A stretch of 64,000 nt of DNA from Syntrophales bacterium. GTDB lineage: Bacteria > Desulfobacterota > Syntrophia > Syntrophales > UBA4778. A model generated the notes under the pieces. It saw only the letters and a program-made list of their open reading frames with translations. It was not told the DNA's origin and did not search any database. The position numbers and the translations under genes were made by a program. Location of the stretch: contig JAQTPK010000001.1 of assembly GCA_028712885.1 (NCBI GenBank), positions 40,302-104,301 on the forward strand, given 5' to 3'. Positions 36,969 to 45,199 of this stretch are shown here, piece after piece (position 1 is the first letter of the stretch; each line of letters opens with the position of its first letter).

Positions 36969-37286
36969 ATGGTCCGCGGAGTCGACATTCAGCAGGTCTT
37001 AATCCAATCCAATTCCGTGGAGCGCGTTCAGCAGGTCCAGCAGCAGCATCCCGACCTGCAGCAGAGATACCTTGAGGTGCAGATAAAGGAAGAGAGAAAA
37101 ATCTCCAAAGAGTCGGTGAAAAACACTCCGGAATCGGAGCATGCCCGGATTCAGGAGAAGCCCGAACAGGAGAAATCACCTCGGCAGGAGGCCGGAGGTC
37201 GTCAGGCCGGGGCAGGGGAAAAAGAAGACGGGGTTGAAGGAGACGATCCGGAAGGGGAAAAGCACCTGATCGATATCCGGGTTTGA
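36969..37286 (+). CDS. hypothetical Gln-rich/charged protein (105 aa)
   Basis: ORF with a GGAGGGAGG ribosome-binding site upstream. No motif recognised. Confidence 0.5.
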   Translation: MVRGVDIQQVLIQSNSVERVQQVQQQHPDLQQRYLEVQIKEERKISKESVKNTPESEHARIQEKPEQEKSPRQEAGGRQAGAGEKEDGVEGDDPEGEKHLIDIRV

Positions 37287-37300
37287 CAACGGGTTCTCTG

Positions 37301-37753
37301 ATGAATTTTCAGACACTGCTCATATTTCAACTGGCCGCAGATATCGCCCTTTTTGTCGGTTTTGTTCTGCTGTTCATCCTTATAACCAGGGAAGTACGCA
37401 ACAAACCTCCAGTAATCGATCAGGAAACGGCCGTCCAGCTGAAGCAGATGCTGGACGACTCCCATGCTGCCGCTGCAGAACTCGCCAGGACTGTAGAGGA
37501 AAGCAGGCGGTCTCTCAAGGAACTTGCGCTTGCTCTCGACCAGAAAGAATCCAGACTCAGGGAACTGCTGGAAAAAGCGGATGCCCTCCGGAGTAATCCG
37601 GAGAAACGTCCGGGTGCGGAAGATGCTCTGATGGATCCCCGTTACAGGGAGGTCCTCCGGATGGTGCGGGAGGGCCTGGATACCGGGGAAATATCCCGCC
37701 TTTCCGGATTGACGGAAGGCGAGGTCCTGCTGGTTTCCGATCTGTACAAATAA
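37301..37753 (+). CDS. membrane-anchored protein with coiled coil and C-terminal HTH-like segment (DUF2802-like, tentative)
   Basis: TM segment LLIFQLAADIALFVGFVLLFILI. C-terminal segment YREVLRMVREGLDTGEISRLSGLTEGEVLLV. An alternative TTG start exists at 37283. Confidence 0.55.
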   Translation: MNFQTLLIFQLAADIALFVGFVLLFILITREVRNKPPVIDQETAVQLKQMLDDSHAAAAELARTVEESRRSLKELALALDQKESRLRELLEKADALRSNPEKRPGAEDALMDPRYREVLRMVREGLDTGEISRLSGLTEGEVLLVSDLYK

Positions 37754-37767
37754 AATATCGATTAATT

Positions 37768-37857
37768 GTATCGGGTATCGGGTGTCAGGTAAGATAGTTG
37801 TATTTGGAATTCATTATCTTGGAAGAGACCTGATGTCTGAAGCCAGATACCCGGAGC
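37768..37857. repeat. heptamer-array palindrome (TATCGGG family)
   Basis: GTATCGGGTATCGGGTGTCAGGTAAGATA faces TATCTTGG..CCTGATGTCTGAAGCCAGATACCCGGAG. Confidence 0.65.
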
Positions 37858-37867
37858 CAAAAGATAC

Positions 37868-38962
37868 ATGTCCATCCTCCCCCCTAAAATATCAGGCCAG
37901 ATAAAAATCCCCGGTGGTGAAAGTTCGGCGAGAACGGCGGTCCCCGGGATGGCCCTCGGCGAAACACTGGATGCCTTGATCGCGGGGAGGACCGACTACA
38001 AAAATGTCCTGATCCGTATACGGGGTGCGGCGATTGCAGCGGAAACGGAAGTGCCGCTGGAAGTGGGGGAAAAAATCCAGGTCCGGGTGGATTCCCTCCA
38101 GCCCAGAGTAGTCCTGAGCGTTATCGGCAGGACGAACCCGGAAACATCCATCCTCAACGATTACCTGCGCCTGTTCCGTTCAAGCCCGAAGGGGATGGCG
38201 GACCTCATGGGCGCCCTGCTCGAACGGATTCGAACCCTGGAAGCGGCCGGCCGGCTGCTGCAGGGCGGCATGCAGGGAGAACTCCGGCAGCTTCTTGAAT
38301 CACTGCTGTTGACCAAAGAAACCGTGAAAGACCCGCTCTGGCTTCAGAGATATATTGCCGGTCTCGGGCTCCTCTGGGAAAAAGGCCTGCTGAAGGCCGC
38401 CCGGGAAAGGAGCTCGGAGATTGGAGGAAAGAGCCTCAAGTCCGTGCTGATGAATCTGATCGCCGAAAGCCCGGCAGCCGCGGGAGATCCGGCTGCGGCC
38501 GTGGAGATAAAGGGCCTGGCGGAACTTCTGCTGAAGACGATTGAGGCTCACCAGGTCGTGAATATCCTGTCTCAGGAACGGGACGGAAGATTTTTTATCC
38601 AGGTGCCGTTCCTCACTCCCGGCGGCGTGGGCGCGGGCGATATCCTGATCGAAACGGAAGAGAGGGAAGGGAAGGGAAAACGCGATGCGCGGAAATTCAA
38701 TATCAGAATCTCCGTCGAAATGGACGTGCTCGGCAGGCTGAACATCGATGCGGGGATCTCGGCAGGGGCCCTCAGCTGTTCGATCCGCTGCTGCGATGAT
38801 ACTGCGCGCGATTTCATAACCGGCTCTCTGGATTCTCTTGCCGACGGGCTGAAGGCGCTGGGGTACCGGATTGAACGGCTGGAATGTTATGTCGGGAAAG
38901 ATAATCCGGAGGAGTCGATGACGGTTCTGGCCGAAGTGGGCTCACTGGACATAAAGATATGA
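37868..38962 (+). CDS. FliK-C-terminal-domain-like (Flg_hook-like) protein
   Basis: The C-terminal segment IRISVEMDVLGRLNIDAGISAGALSCSIRCCDDTARDF..LADGLKALGYRIERLECYV aligns by eye with the FliK C-terminus in this window. Confidence 0.6.
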   Translation: MSILPPKISGQIKIPGGESSARTAVPGMALGETLDALIAGRTDYKNVLIRIRGAAIAAETEVPLEVGEKIQVRVDSLQPRVVLSVIGRTNPETSILNDYLRLFRSSPKGMADLMGALLERIRTLEAAGRLLQGGMQGELRQLLESLLLTKETVKDPLWLQRYIAGLGLLWEKGLLKAARERSSEIGGKSLKSVLMNLIAESPAAAGDPAAAVEIKGLAELLLKTIEAHQVVNILSQERDGRFFIQVPFLTPGGVGAGDILIETEEREGKGKRDARKFNIRISVEMDVLGRLNIDAGISAGALSCSIRCCDDTARDFITGSLDSLADGLKALGYRIERLECYVGKDNPEESMTVLAEVGSLDIKI

Positions 38963-38971
38963 GGGTTCAAG

Positions 38972-39271
38972 GTGGTTATGACTGAGAATGATAAACAGAA
39001 CCTGACCGCGGCGGCGATTCAGTACGACCCGAAGAAAGATGCGGCGCCCCGCCTGACGGCCAAGGGGAGAGGAGAGATTGCGGAAAAAATCCTCGAAATC
39101 GCGCGCAAATACGACATCCCCGTCCGGCAGGACACTAATCTTGTCAAAATACTCTGGAAACTCGACCTTGACGAGCAGATCCCGCCCGAACTTTACAAGG
39201 CAGTCGCCGAAATTCTTGCCTATGTGTACTCCCTGAACGAAAAGATGCGAAGCAGGCAAAAATTTCCCTGA
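38972..39271 (+). CDS. stand-alone FlhB C-terminal-domain-like protein (YlqH-like)
   Basis: A 99-aa protein colinear with FlhB residues after the NPEH site. Shares IPPELYKAVAEILAYVYSL with flhB IPENLYRAVAEVLAYVYGL. Confidence 0.8.
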   Translation: MVMTENDKQNLTAAAIQYDPKKDAAPRLTAKGRGEIAEKILEIARKYDIPVRQDTNLVKILWKLDLDEQIPPELYKAVAEILAYVYSLNEKMRSRQKFP

Positions 39272-39440
39272 TAAACAAAATTTTCCCTGCTTTTTTTCAT
39301 CTCCTTCCCATGTCCCGCTCCTCGTTTCACGGGGGGATCGCGCCCGCCCTTCCGCCCAAATATTTATTAATAAAATCAGCAACATGAAAAGTGCTTGCGG
39401 GTGGAGCATTTTTTTCGCCGTAAGCATCTCCGGGGATGCG

Positions 39441-39456
39441 TGGCATGTGAATTGCT
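39441..39456 (+). promoter_or_regulatory. sigma-54 promoter, flgFGAHI
   Basis: TGGCATGTGAATTGCT, 31 nt upstream of the flgF ATG. A GGAGG ribosome-binding site lies between them. Confidence 0.75.
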
Positions 39457-39486
39457 CCTCCTCAAGATCAAACGGAGGTTCCGGAT

Positions 39487-40206
39487 ATGCCCAATCCCAT
39501 GGAATCGATTGTAAATGCCTTCAATACGAGGATGCCCCAGCTCGACTGCATGGCGCACAATATAGCCAACATCCATACCCCGGGATTTAAAACGGAAAGG
39601 CTTTTTTACCTTGTGGAGCATGTTGAGGATCCTTTCACCAGAGAGAGGAAACTCTCCTATATCCCGAAGACGTGCATAGATTTCACCCCGGGGGCAATGC
39701 AGCAGACCGGAAACCCCCTCGATATGGCTCTCCAGGGGGAAGGTTTTTTCGCCGTCCGGTCGCCCGAAGGCGAAATATATACCCGCAGAGGAAATTTTAC
39801 CCTGAACCGGAACAATGAGCTTGTAACCCAGGAGGGCTACTATGTCCTGGGCGAGAGCGGCCCTATTACAATTCAGGGCGTCGACATCAAAATCGGCGAA
39901 AAAGGCGGGATCTCGGCCGACGGCACGGATGTCGGAAAATTGAAAATAGTCCGTTTCAAGAACAAAGAAGCCCTCAGCAAGAGACAGGGATGCTATTTTG
40001 AAAACAGCGGCGAAAACCCTCCCGTTCCCGAGACTGACCCCGAACCCGGGGTAAGATCCGGGAACGTCGAGAACTCTAACGTGCAGGCGCTGCGCGAAAT
40101 GATCGAGATGATCAACATCCAGCGCTCGATCGAGTCGTATCAGAAGGTGATACTGACGCTGGGTGACCAGGACAAGCTTTCGACGAACCGTCTGGGCAAA
40201 CTGTAA
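39487..40206 (+). CDS. flgF: flagellar proximal rod protein FlgF
   Basis: Motifs MAHNIANIHTPGFK and a C-terminal NVENSNVQALREMIEMINIQRSIESYQKV. Confidence 0.9.
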   Translation: MPNPMESIVNAFNTRMPQLDCMAHNIANIHTPGFKTERLFYLVEHVEDPFTRERKLSYIPKTCIDFTPGAMQQTGNPLDMALQGEGFFAVRSPEGEIYTRRGNFTLNRNNELVTQEGYYVLGESGPITIQGVDIKIGEKGGISADGTDVGKLKIVRFKNKEALSKRQGCYFENSGENPPVPETDPEPGVRSGNVENSNVQALREMIEMINIQRSIESYQKVILTLGDQDKLSTNRLGKL

Positions 40207-40221
40207 ACGGAGGAAAGATTT

Positions 40222-41004
40222 ATGATCAGGGCACTTTGGACCGCGGCCACCGGAATGGAAGCAAAACAGATCTCTCTCGACGTCATTGCCAACAACCTGG
40301 CCAACATGAGCACGACCGGATTCAAGAAATCCCGGCCCGAGTTCCAGGATCTCATGTACCAGATCCTGAAAAAGCCCGGAACCGACACTTCGACCGGGTC
40401 ACAGCTGGCGGTCGGCATCGAGGTCGGGATGGGGACAAAGCTCGGCGCCATCCAGAAATTCTATACCCAGGGCGATTATGTCCAGACCGGGAACAAATTC
40501 GACTGGTCCATCGAAGGCGAAGGCTTCTTTCAGCTTGATAACGACGGGCGGACCGTGTACTCCCGGGCGGGAAATTTCAAGGTCAACAAGGACGGTGTCC
40601 TCTGTAACGCCGAGGGTCTGAGGCTCATGCCGGAAATATCCATCCCCGCGGATACAATAGACTTCACGATTGACAGCGGGGGAACCTGGACTGCCACGGA
40701 CGCCACGGGCACCTCGCTCGCCTCGGGGCGGATCGAGATAGCCAAATTCGTCAACCCGGCGGGCCTGACGAGCATCGGGCGGAATCTCTTCGATGCCACC
40801 CAGGGATCGGGGGACGCCACGACCGGCAACCCCGGGACGACAGGCTACGGGACGATTTCGCAGCATTATCTTGAAATGTCCAATGTCAATGCCATTGACG
40901 AGATGGTCAATATGATCGAGCTCCTGCGGGCGTATGAGTTGAACAGCAAGGCGATCCAGTCTGCGGATCAGATGCTGCAGACCGTAAGCAATCTCAAGAG
41001 GTGA
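40222..41004 (+). CDS. flgG: flagellar distal rod protein FlgG
   Basis: Motifs MIRALWTAATGMEAKQISLDVIANNLANMSTTGFK and a C-terminal YLEMSNVNAIDEMVNMIELLRAYE. Confidence 0.96.
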   Translation: MIRALWTAATGMEAKQISLDVIANNLANMSTTGFKKSRPEFQDLMYQILKKPGTDTSTGSQLAVGIEVGMGTKLGAIQKFYTQGDYVQTGNKFDWSIEGEGFFQLDNDGRTVYSRAGNFKVNKDGVLCNAEGLRLMPEISIPADTIDFTIDSGGTWTATDATGTSLASGRIEIAKFVNPAGLTSIGRNLFDATQGSGDATTGNPGTTGYGTISQHYLEMSNVNAIDEMVNMIELLRAYELNSKAIQSADQMLQTVSNLKR

Positions 41005-41756
41005 TCATGAACTGCCGTAAAGACAGATCTGAAGCGCCGCATGCTGCGGCCGCCGTTTCCCTCCTCCTCTTACTCCTCTTCTTCCCGGCATCGGATGGGG
41101 TGTGCGCCGAAGTGCGCAAGGTCTTCAAGGACAGAGAAATAAGAAATATTATCCGCGATTACATCCACAAAAACATGCCGTGGCAGGCCGACGCCATCCG
41201 GATTACTTTTCCCGTCCGCGCGGGCGATGTGGAGATAAAAGGAGAGCAGATCTCATGGACGGTCCAGGGCCGCAAGGAGGAGCCGTTTATCGGCGACTCC
41301 ACGTTCACTATCCGCTTCTATGACCGCGACATCCTGGCCAGAGAGATAGCCGTCCGCGCCTCGCTCGAGGTCCTCATGGACGTAGTCGTAAGCTCGAGGC
41401 CGATCAACAGGAATGCGGAGATCGGACCCGATGACGTTCGCGTGGTCAAAAAGGCTTTTTTGAGGACGCCGCGGGAATTGGTTTCCAATCCCGACGAGGT
41501 AATCGGGAAGATGCTCGGCAGATCCGTGGGAAGGAATGAAGAGATCACCCGGGGCATGGCCAGAAGCCTTCTGCTTGTCCGGAAGGGCCGGCTCGTCAAG
41601 ATTATTCTGGAGAGCGGCCAGCTGTCGGTAAGCACGATCGGCTTATCGGAAGAGGACGGCGAAAGGGGAGATACGATCAGGGTCAAAAACATAGCTTCCA
41701 AAAAGACCGTCTATGCCAGGATTCTCGACCCGTCCCTGGTCAAAGTTGAGTTCTGA
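41001..41756 (+). CDS. flgA: flagellar P-ring assembly chaperone FlgA
   Basis: Signal-like N-terminus and a SAF-like C-terminal region, located between flgG and flgH. GTGA overlap with flgG. Confidence 0.8.
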   Translation: MIMNCRKDRSEAPHAAAAVSLLLLLLFFPASDGVCAEVRKVFKDREIRNIIRDYIHKNMPWQADAIRITFPVRAGDVEIKGEQISWTVQGRKEEPFIGDSTFTIRFYDRDILAREIAVRASLEVLMDVVVSSRPINRNAEIGPDDVRVVKKAFLRTPRELVSNPDEVIGKMLGRSVGRNEEITRGMARSLLLVRKGRLVKIILESGQLSVSTIGLSEEDGERGDTIRVKNIASKKTVYARILDPSLVKVEF

Positions 41757-41767
41757 CGAGGTGTGCA

Positions 41768-42493
41768 ATGGAATCCGGATCTAACACTGCAAAAAAAATT
41801 ATGGACAGCAGCCGGGGAAAGGCTTTGCGGCTGGCGGGGGTTTTGGTTGCCGGCTGTATTTTTTCGGCATGCGCGTCGGACCTTCATCTGGAAAAAAGCG
41901 ATTACGCCTATACGGTCCCCCAGGAGTTCCGGCCTCCTCCCCCGGTGCCCGGATCGATCTGGACCGGACCCAGTGCGAACAACACATTTTTTTCCGATAA
42001 AAAGGCGCGCAACGTCAACGACGTGGTCACAATCCTGATTGCGGAGACATCCAAGGGTGAGAACAACGCGAAGATCGACACGACGCGCGATTCAACCGTG
42101 GCGGCCGGTATCGCCGGATTTACGCAGACAGCCCCGAACAATACGATGATATCCAGGTTCGACCTCGGGGGATCGCATAAAAACAACTTGAAGGGAGAGG
42201 GGAAAACCAGCCGGGACAGCACCCTCTCCGCGGTCATAACGGCCCGGGTGATCTCCGTCCTGGATAACGGCAATTTGGTCATCCAGGGGAGGCGCCAGCT
42301 TTCCGTCAATGCCGAGGATCAGTACATCGTGCTTACGGGCGTTATCCGCCCGGACGACATCAGCTCGGATAACACTGTTTCGTCCCAGTATGTGGCCGAC
42401 GCCAAGATCGTATACGGCGGCCGGGGAGTGGTCAATGACAAGATGCGGCCGGGATGGCTGGCCCGCGTGCTTGACTGGGCGTGGCCGTTCTAA
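41768..42493 (+). CDS. flgH: flagellar L-ring lipoprotein FlgH
   Basis: Lipobox-like LVAGC. Motifs VNDVVTILIAETSKGE and ITARVISVLDNGNLVIQGRRQL. Confidence 0.93.
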   Translation: MESGSNTAKKIMDSSRGKALRLAGVLVAGCIFSACASDLHLEKSDYAYTVPQEFRPPPPVPGSIWTGPSANNTFFSDKKARNVNDVVTILIAETSKGENNAKIDTTRDSTVAAGIAGFTQTAPNNTMISRFDLGGSHKNNLKGEGKTSRDSTLSAVITARVISVLDNGNLVIQGRRQLSVNAEDQYIVLTGVIRPDDISSDNTVSSQYVADAKIVYGGRGVVNDKMRPGWLARVLDWAWPF

Positions 42494-42522
42494 GCAATGG
42501 GGTGAATAACCCCTTACAAATT

Positions 42523-42559
42523 CCCTCTCCCCTTGTGGGAGAGGGGCAGGGGTGAGGGG
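42523..42559. repeat. REP-like GC hairpin overlapping a G-run tract, flgH|flgI
   Basis: CCCTCTCCC (42523-42531) pairs with GGGAGAGGG (42537-42545) in a 9-bp stem. GGGAGAGGGGCAGGGGTGAGGGG contains four G3+ runs. Confidence 0.6.
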
Positions 42560-42614
42560 ATTAAGATAGGAAGCGGTTTTCAAAGGAAGCGCCATAATAA
42601 AGTTGAGGCTGGAA

Positions 42615-43778
42615 ATGAGAGAAGAAATCGGAAAAGGACTGGTGGTTCTGATTACCCTGGCGGTTTTTGCCGGAACGGCGGAAGCTGCGAGGATAAAGGA
42701 TATCGCCTCGATCGGGGGCGTCCGCGACAACCAGCTGATCGGGTACGGGCTGGTCGTGGGCCTGAACGGGACCGGCGACAATATAAAGAACGGCTTCACG
42801 AAGGAGTCCCTCGCCAACCTGCTCAACCGGCACGGCCTGGCCATGAAAGACAAGGATCTGAAGTCGAACAACGTCGCTTCGGTTATCGTGACGGCAAAAC
42901 TGCCGCCGTTTGCCAAGATCGGCACGAAGATAGACGTTGCAGTCTCGTCCATCGGCGATGCCAAGAGCCTCCAGGGCGGGACGCTGCTGATGACCCCGCT
43001 GAAGGGATCCGACGGAGAAGTATACGCCGTAAGCCAGGGGGCGGTTGCCATCGGGGGGTTTACGGCGGGAGGCGCCGCCGGCGGAGGGATCACAAAAAAC
43101 CATACGACCGTAGGCAGGATCGCCAACGGGGCGTTCATCGAGAAGGAACTGAAACACGACTTCTCGAAAATACGCAACCTGCTCGTCAATCTTTACCAGC
43201 CCGACTTCACGACGTCGACCCGTCTGGCCTCTGCGATCAATACTTCGATTAAGGACGCCGATGCGCGCCTGATAGACTCCACTTCCATCATGATCGCCCT
43301 TAAGGAGTCCTTCTCCGGAGATATAGTCAGACTGGTATCCATGGTGGAGAACCTGGATGTGCCCGTCGACAGCGCGGCGGTGGTGGTTATGAACGAAAAG
43401 ACCGGGACCGTTGTCATGGGGGAAAAGGTCAGGATTTCCACCGTGGCGATCGCCCATGGAAACCTGAGCATAGAGATCAAGGAAGAAAAGAAGGTGTCCC
43501 AGCCGATGCCGTTTGCGCCGCAGCCGCCGATCGGCTCCGCTCCGGCCGCGTCGGGAGGCACAGTTGTTGCTCCGGGCGGGCAGACCGTGGTGACGCCCGA
43601 AACCAAGGTCGCCGTGCAGGAAGACAAGCGCCAGATCGTAGTGGTCCCGATGGGCATAACCATCCAGGAGGTCGTCCGCGCCCTTAACGCCATCGGCGTT
43701 TCTCCCAGGGACCTGATAACGATTATCCAGGCTATCAAGGCCGCCGGGGCGCTTCAGGCCGATCTGAAAATAATATAA
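42615..43778 (+). CDS. flgI: flagellar P-ring protein FlgI
   Basis: Motifs RIKDIASIGGVRDNQLIGYGLVVGLNGTGD and a C-terminal ALNAIGVSPRDLITIIQAIKAAGALQADLKII. An alternative TTG start exists at 42603. Confidence 0.95.
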   Translation: MREEIGKGLVVLITLAVFAGTAEAARIKDIASIGGVRDNQLIGYGLVVGLNGTGDNIKNGFTKESLANLLNRHGLAMKDKDLKSNNVASVIVTAKLPPFAKIGTKIDVAVSSIGDAKSLQGGTLLMTPLKGSDGEVYAVSQGAVAIGGFTAGGAAGGGITKNHTTVGRIANGAFIEKELKHDFSKIRNLLVNLYQPDFTTSTRLASAINTSIKDADARLIDSTSIMIALKESFSGDIVRLVSMVENLDVPVDSAAVVVMNEKTGTVVMGEKVRISTVAIAHGNLSIEIKEEKKVSQPMPFAPQPPIGSAPAASGGTVVAPGGQTVVTPETKVAVQEDKRQIVVVPMGITIQEVVRALNAIGVSPRDLITIIQAIKAAGALQADLKII

Positions 43779-43810
43779 GGCGTGAGGCGTAAGGCGTAAG
43801 AGGTAAGGTG
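43776..43810 (+). repeat. one-armed heptamer array (GTAAGGC family), flgI|flgJ
   Basis: TAAGGCG TGAGGCG TAAGGCG TAAGAGG TAAGGTG, starting at the flgI stop codon. Confidence 0.7.
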
Positions 43811-43826
43811 ATTTGTAGAGGTTGCA

Positions 43827-44168
43827 ATGGATTCAATGATTTCAGCGGATGCAGTGAGTTCCGCCAGGCCGGCGGGCGCAGAAGATGCAAAAAAGGCCGC
43901 CGAAAAACAGGTGCAGGAAAAACAGAAAAAACTGAAAAAGGCCTGTGCGGATTTCGAATCCGTGTTTCTTTATACACTTTTCAAGACCATGCGCCAGACC
44001 ATCCCCGAGAGCGGTCTCCTGGGGAAGTCGTCGGGGCGGGACAAGTATGAAATGTGGTTTGATACCAAAGTTGCGGAAAATATTTCAGAAAAGAAAGGAG
44101 GAGCGGGTCTGCAGGATGTGCTGTTCAAGCAGCTGAGCAGGATACCGGGCATGACCGGGCAGCACTAA
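43827..44168 (+). CDS. flgJ: rod-binding protein (FlgJ N-terminal domain only, no muramidase domain)
   Basis: Rod_binding-like segment ACADFESVFLYTLFKTMRQTIPE. Only 113 aa long. Confidence 0.85.
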   Translation: MDSMISADAVSSARPAGAEDAKKAAEKQVQEKQKKLKKACADFESVFLYTLFKTMRQTIPESGLLGKSSGRDKYEMWFDTKVAENISEKKGGAGLQDVLFKQLSRIPGMTGQH

Positions 44169-44192
44169 AGTTTCGCTGCTTCCTGCCGATAA
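44166..44192 (+). promoter_or_regulatory. sigma-28 promoter, flgM
   Basis: TAAAGTTTCGCTGCTTCCTGCCGATAA is an exact match to TAAA-N15-GCCGATAA. It overlaps the flgJ stop codon. Confidence 0.85.
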
Positions 44193-44226
44193 AGAGAGTA
44201 TCAAGATTCAAAGGGGAGTCAGAGAC

Positions 44227-44535
44227 ATGAAAATTACGAAAACCGACGAAACCAATCTCCAGATAATTCAACAATATCAGAAGAGTGAAGGCGCCAAAGC
44301 TGATGCGGAGAAAAAGGTCCTCGGTAGCGCCGCTGCCCCCGAAGAAAGGGTCGATCTCTCCACGACGGCAAGGGATATCCAGAAGCTCAAGTCGGCCATC
44401 AGCGAGCTCCCCGAAACCCGTGATGCGCGGGTGCAGGAGCTGAAAGAGCAGGTAGACAAGGGCGCATACAAGGTGGATGCGGAAAAGCTTGCCGAAAAGA
44501 TCGTGGGAGAGGCCCTCATAGACATTTTTGCCTGA
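44227..44535 (+). CDS. flgM: anti-sigma-28 factor FlgM
   Basis: Motifs ERVDLSTTARD and RVQELKEQVDKGAYKVDAEKLAEKIV. A consensus sigma-28 promoter lies upstream. Confidence 0.9.
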   Translation: MKITKTDETNLQIIQQYQKSEGAKADAEKKVLGSAAAPEERVDLSTTARDIQKLKSAISELPETRDARVQELKEQVDKGAYKVDAEKLAEKIVGEALIDIFA

Positions 44536-44597
44536 ATTCCCATCCGATCCTTCCCTTTTTCCGTCATCTGATCGCCCTGTCCAAGTCACGGCTGTGA

Positions 44598-44640
44598 ACT
44601 CGAACTGTTCCTGCTGCCCGATACCCGAAGCCGGATACCT
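44598..44640 (+). repeat. partial copy of TATCGGG-family sequence, flgM|flgN
   Basis: GCCCGATACCCGAAGCCGGATACC resembles GCCAGATACCCGGAGCC at 37842-37857. It is preceded by GAACTCGAACTG. Confidence 0.45.
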
Positions 44641-44654
44641 TTTGGGGTCAGTAT

Positions 44655-45191
44655 ATGGACACAATAAACGATGTGACAGATGAGGCTGCCGTTGCGGATC
44701 TTTTCGAAGGACTTGTCGGCGTCCTCCGGAAGGAAATAGAAGTCTACGGGGAACTCCTCTCGGCCGTCAGGCAGGAGAGGGCGATCCTGATCAGGCCCGC
44801 CGTGGATAAAATCCAGGAGAGCAACGCCCGCAAGGAGACGTGCGTCTTGAAGGCCAAAATGCTCGAAGAGGTCAGGCTGAAGGGGCTAAGGAAAATCGCG
44901 GGGGCGCTCGGAATCGACCCGGCCGGGATCAATATCAGTCTTCTGCTGAATTATGCCGGATACAGGCATCGCGATGAGCTCAGGGATTGCCAGTTGATGT
45001 TGAGGCCCCTCCTGGAGGAGGTCCGGAAAGCAAACGAAGCGAACCGGCTGTTCCTTGAGTCTTCCATCGGCTCCGTCGAGGGCTCGATCCGGTTCATTCA
45101 GAGTATCCTTTATCCGGGGACCACCTACCTCGATTCGGGTGAAATGAAACGGCAGGCGGGGAGCGGAAGCTTCCTGCGCACGGAAGGGTAG
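44655..45191 (+). CDS. flgN: FlgN-family flagellar chaperone
   Basis: Helical 178-aa protein located directly upstream of flgK. FlgN-like pattern LLSAVRQERAILI. Confidence 0.75.
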   Translation: MDTINDVTDEAAVADLFEGLVGVLRKEIEVYGELLSAVRQERAILIRPAVDKIQESNARKETCVLKAKMLEEVRLKGLRKIAGALGIDPAGINISLLLNYAGYRHRDELRDCQLMLRPLLEEVRKANEANRLFLESSIGSVEGSIRFIQSILYPGTTYLDSGEMKRQAGSGSFLRTEG

Positions 45192-45199
45192 GAGGGGAT

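Noticed and set aside
39257-39297. A direct repeat, CAAAAATTTCCCTG at 39257-39270 and CAAAATTTTCCCTG at 39276-39289, spanning the stop codon of the FlhB-C-like gene and followed by a T7 run.
   Set aside because: It is too short to interpret. It forms no stem, so it is not a classical terminator. It may be a slippage duplication, and no function can be supported.
4277-39365. AT-core palindromes upstream of sigma-54 promoters, considered as possible activator or IHF sites. AAATATTT occurs at 4277-4284, 18263-18270 and 39358-39365. GGAAA-N3-5-TTTCC occurs at 4345-4359 and 9827-9839.
   Set aside because: AAATATTT also occurs at 55701-55708 next to a sigma-28 promoter. Distances to the -24 element vary from about 70 to 170 nt. 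The intergenic regions are AT-enriched, so this cannot be separated from chance without footprinting or a genome-wide motif test.
43827-44168. FlgJ has only the rod-binding domain, and no peptidoglycan hydrolase is visible in the cluster.
   Set aside because: Single-domain FlgJ with a separately encoded lytic enzyme is a known arrangement outside the enteric/beta-gamma lineages. The partner enzyme may simply lie outside this window.
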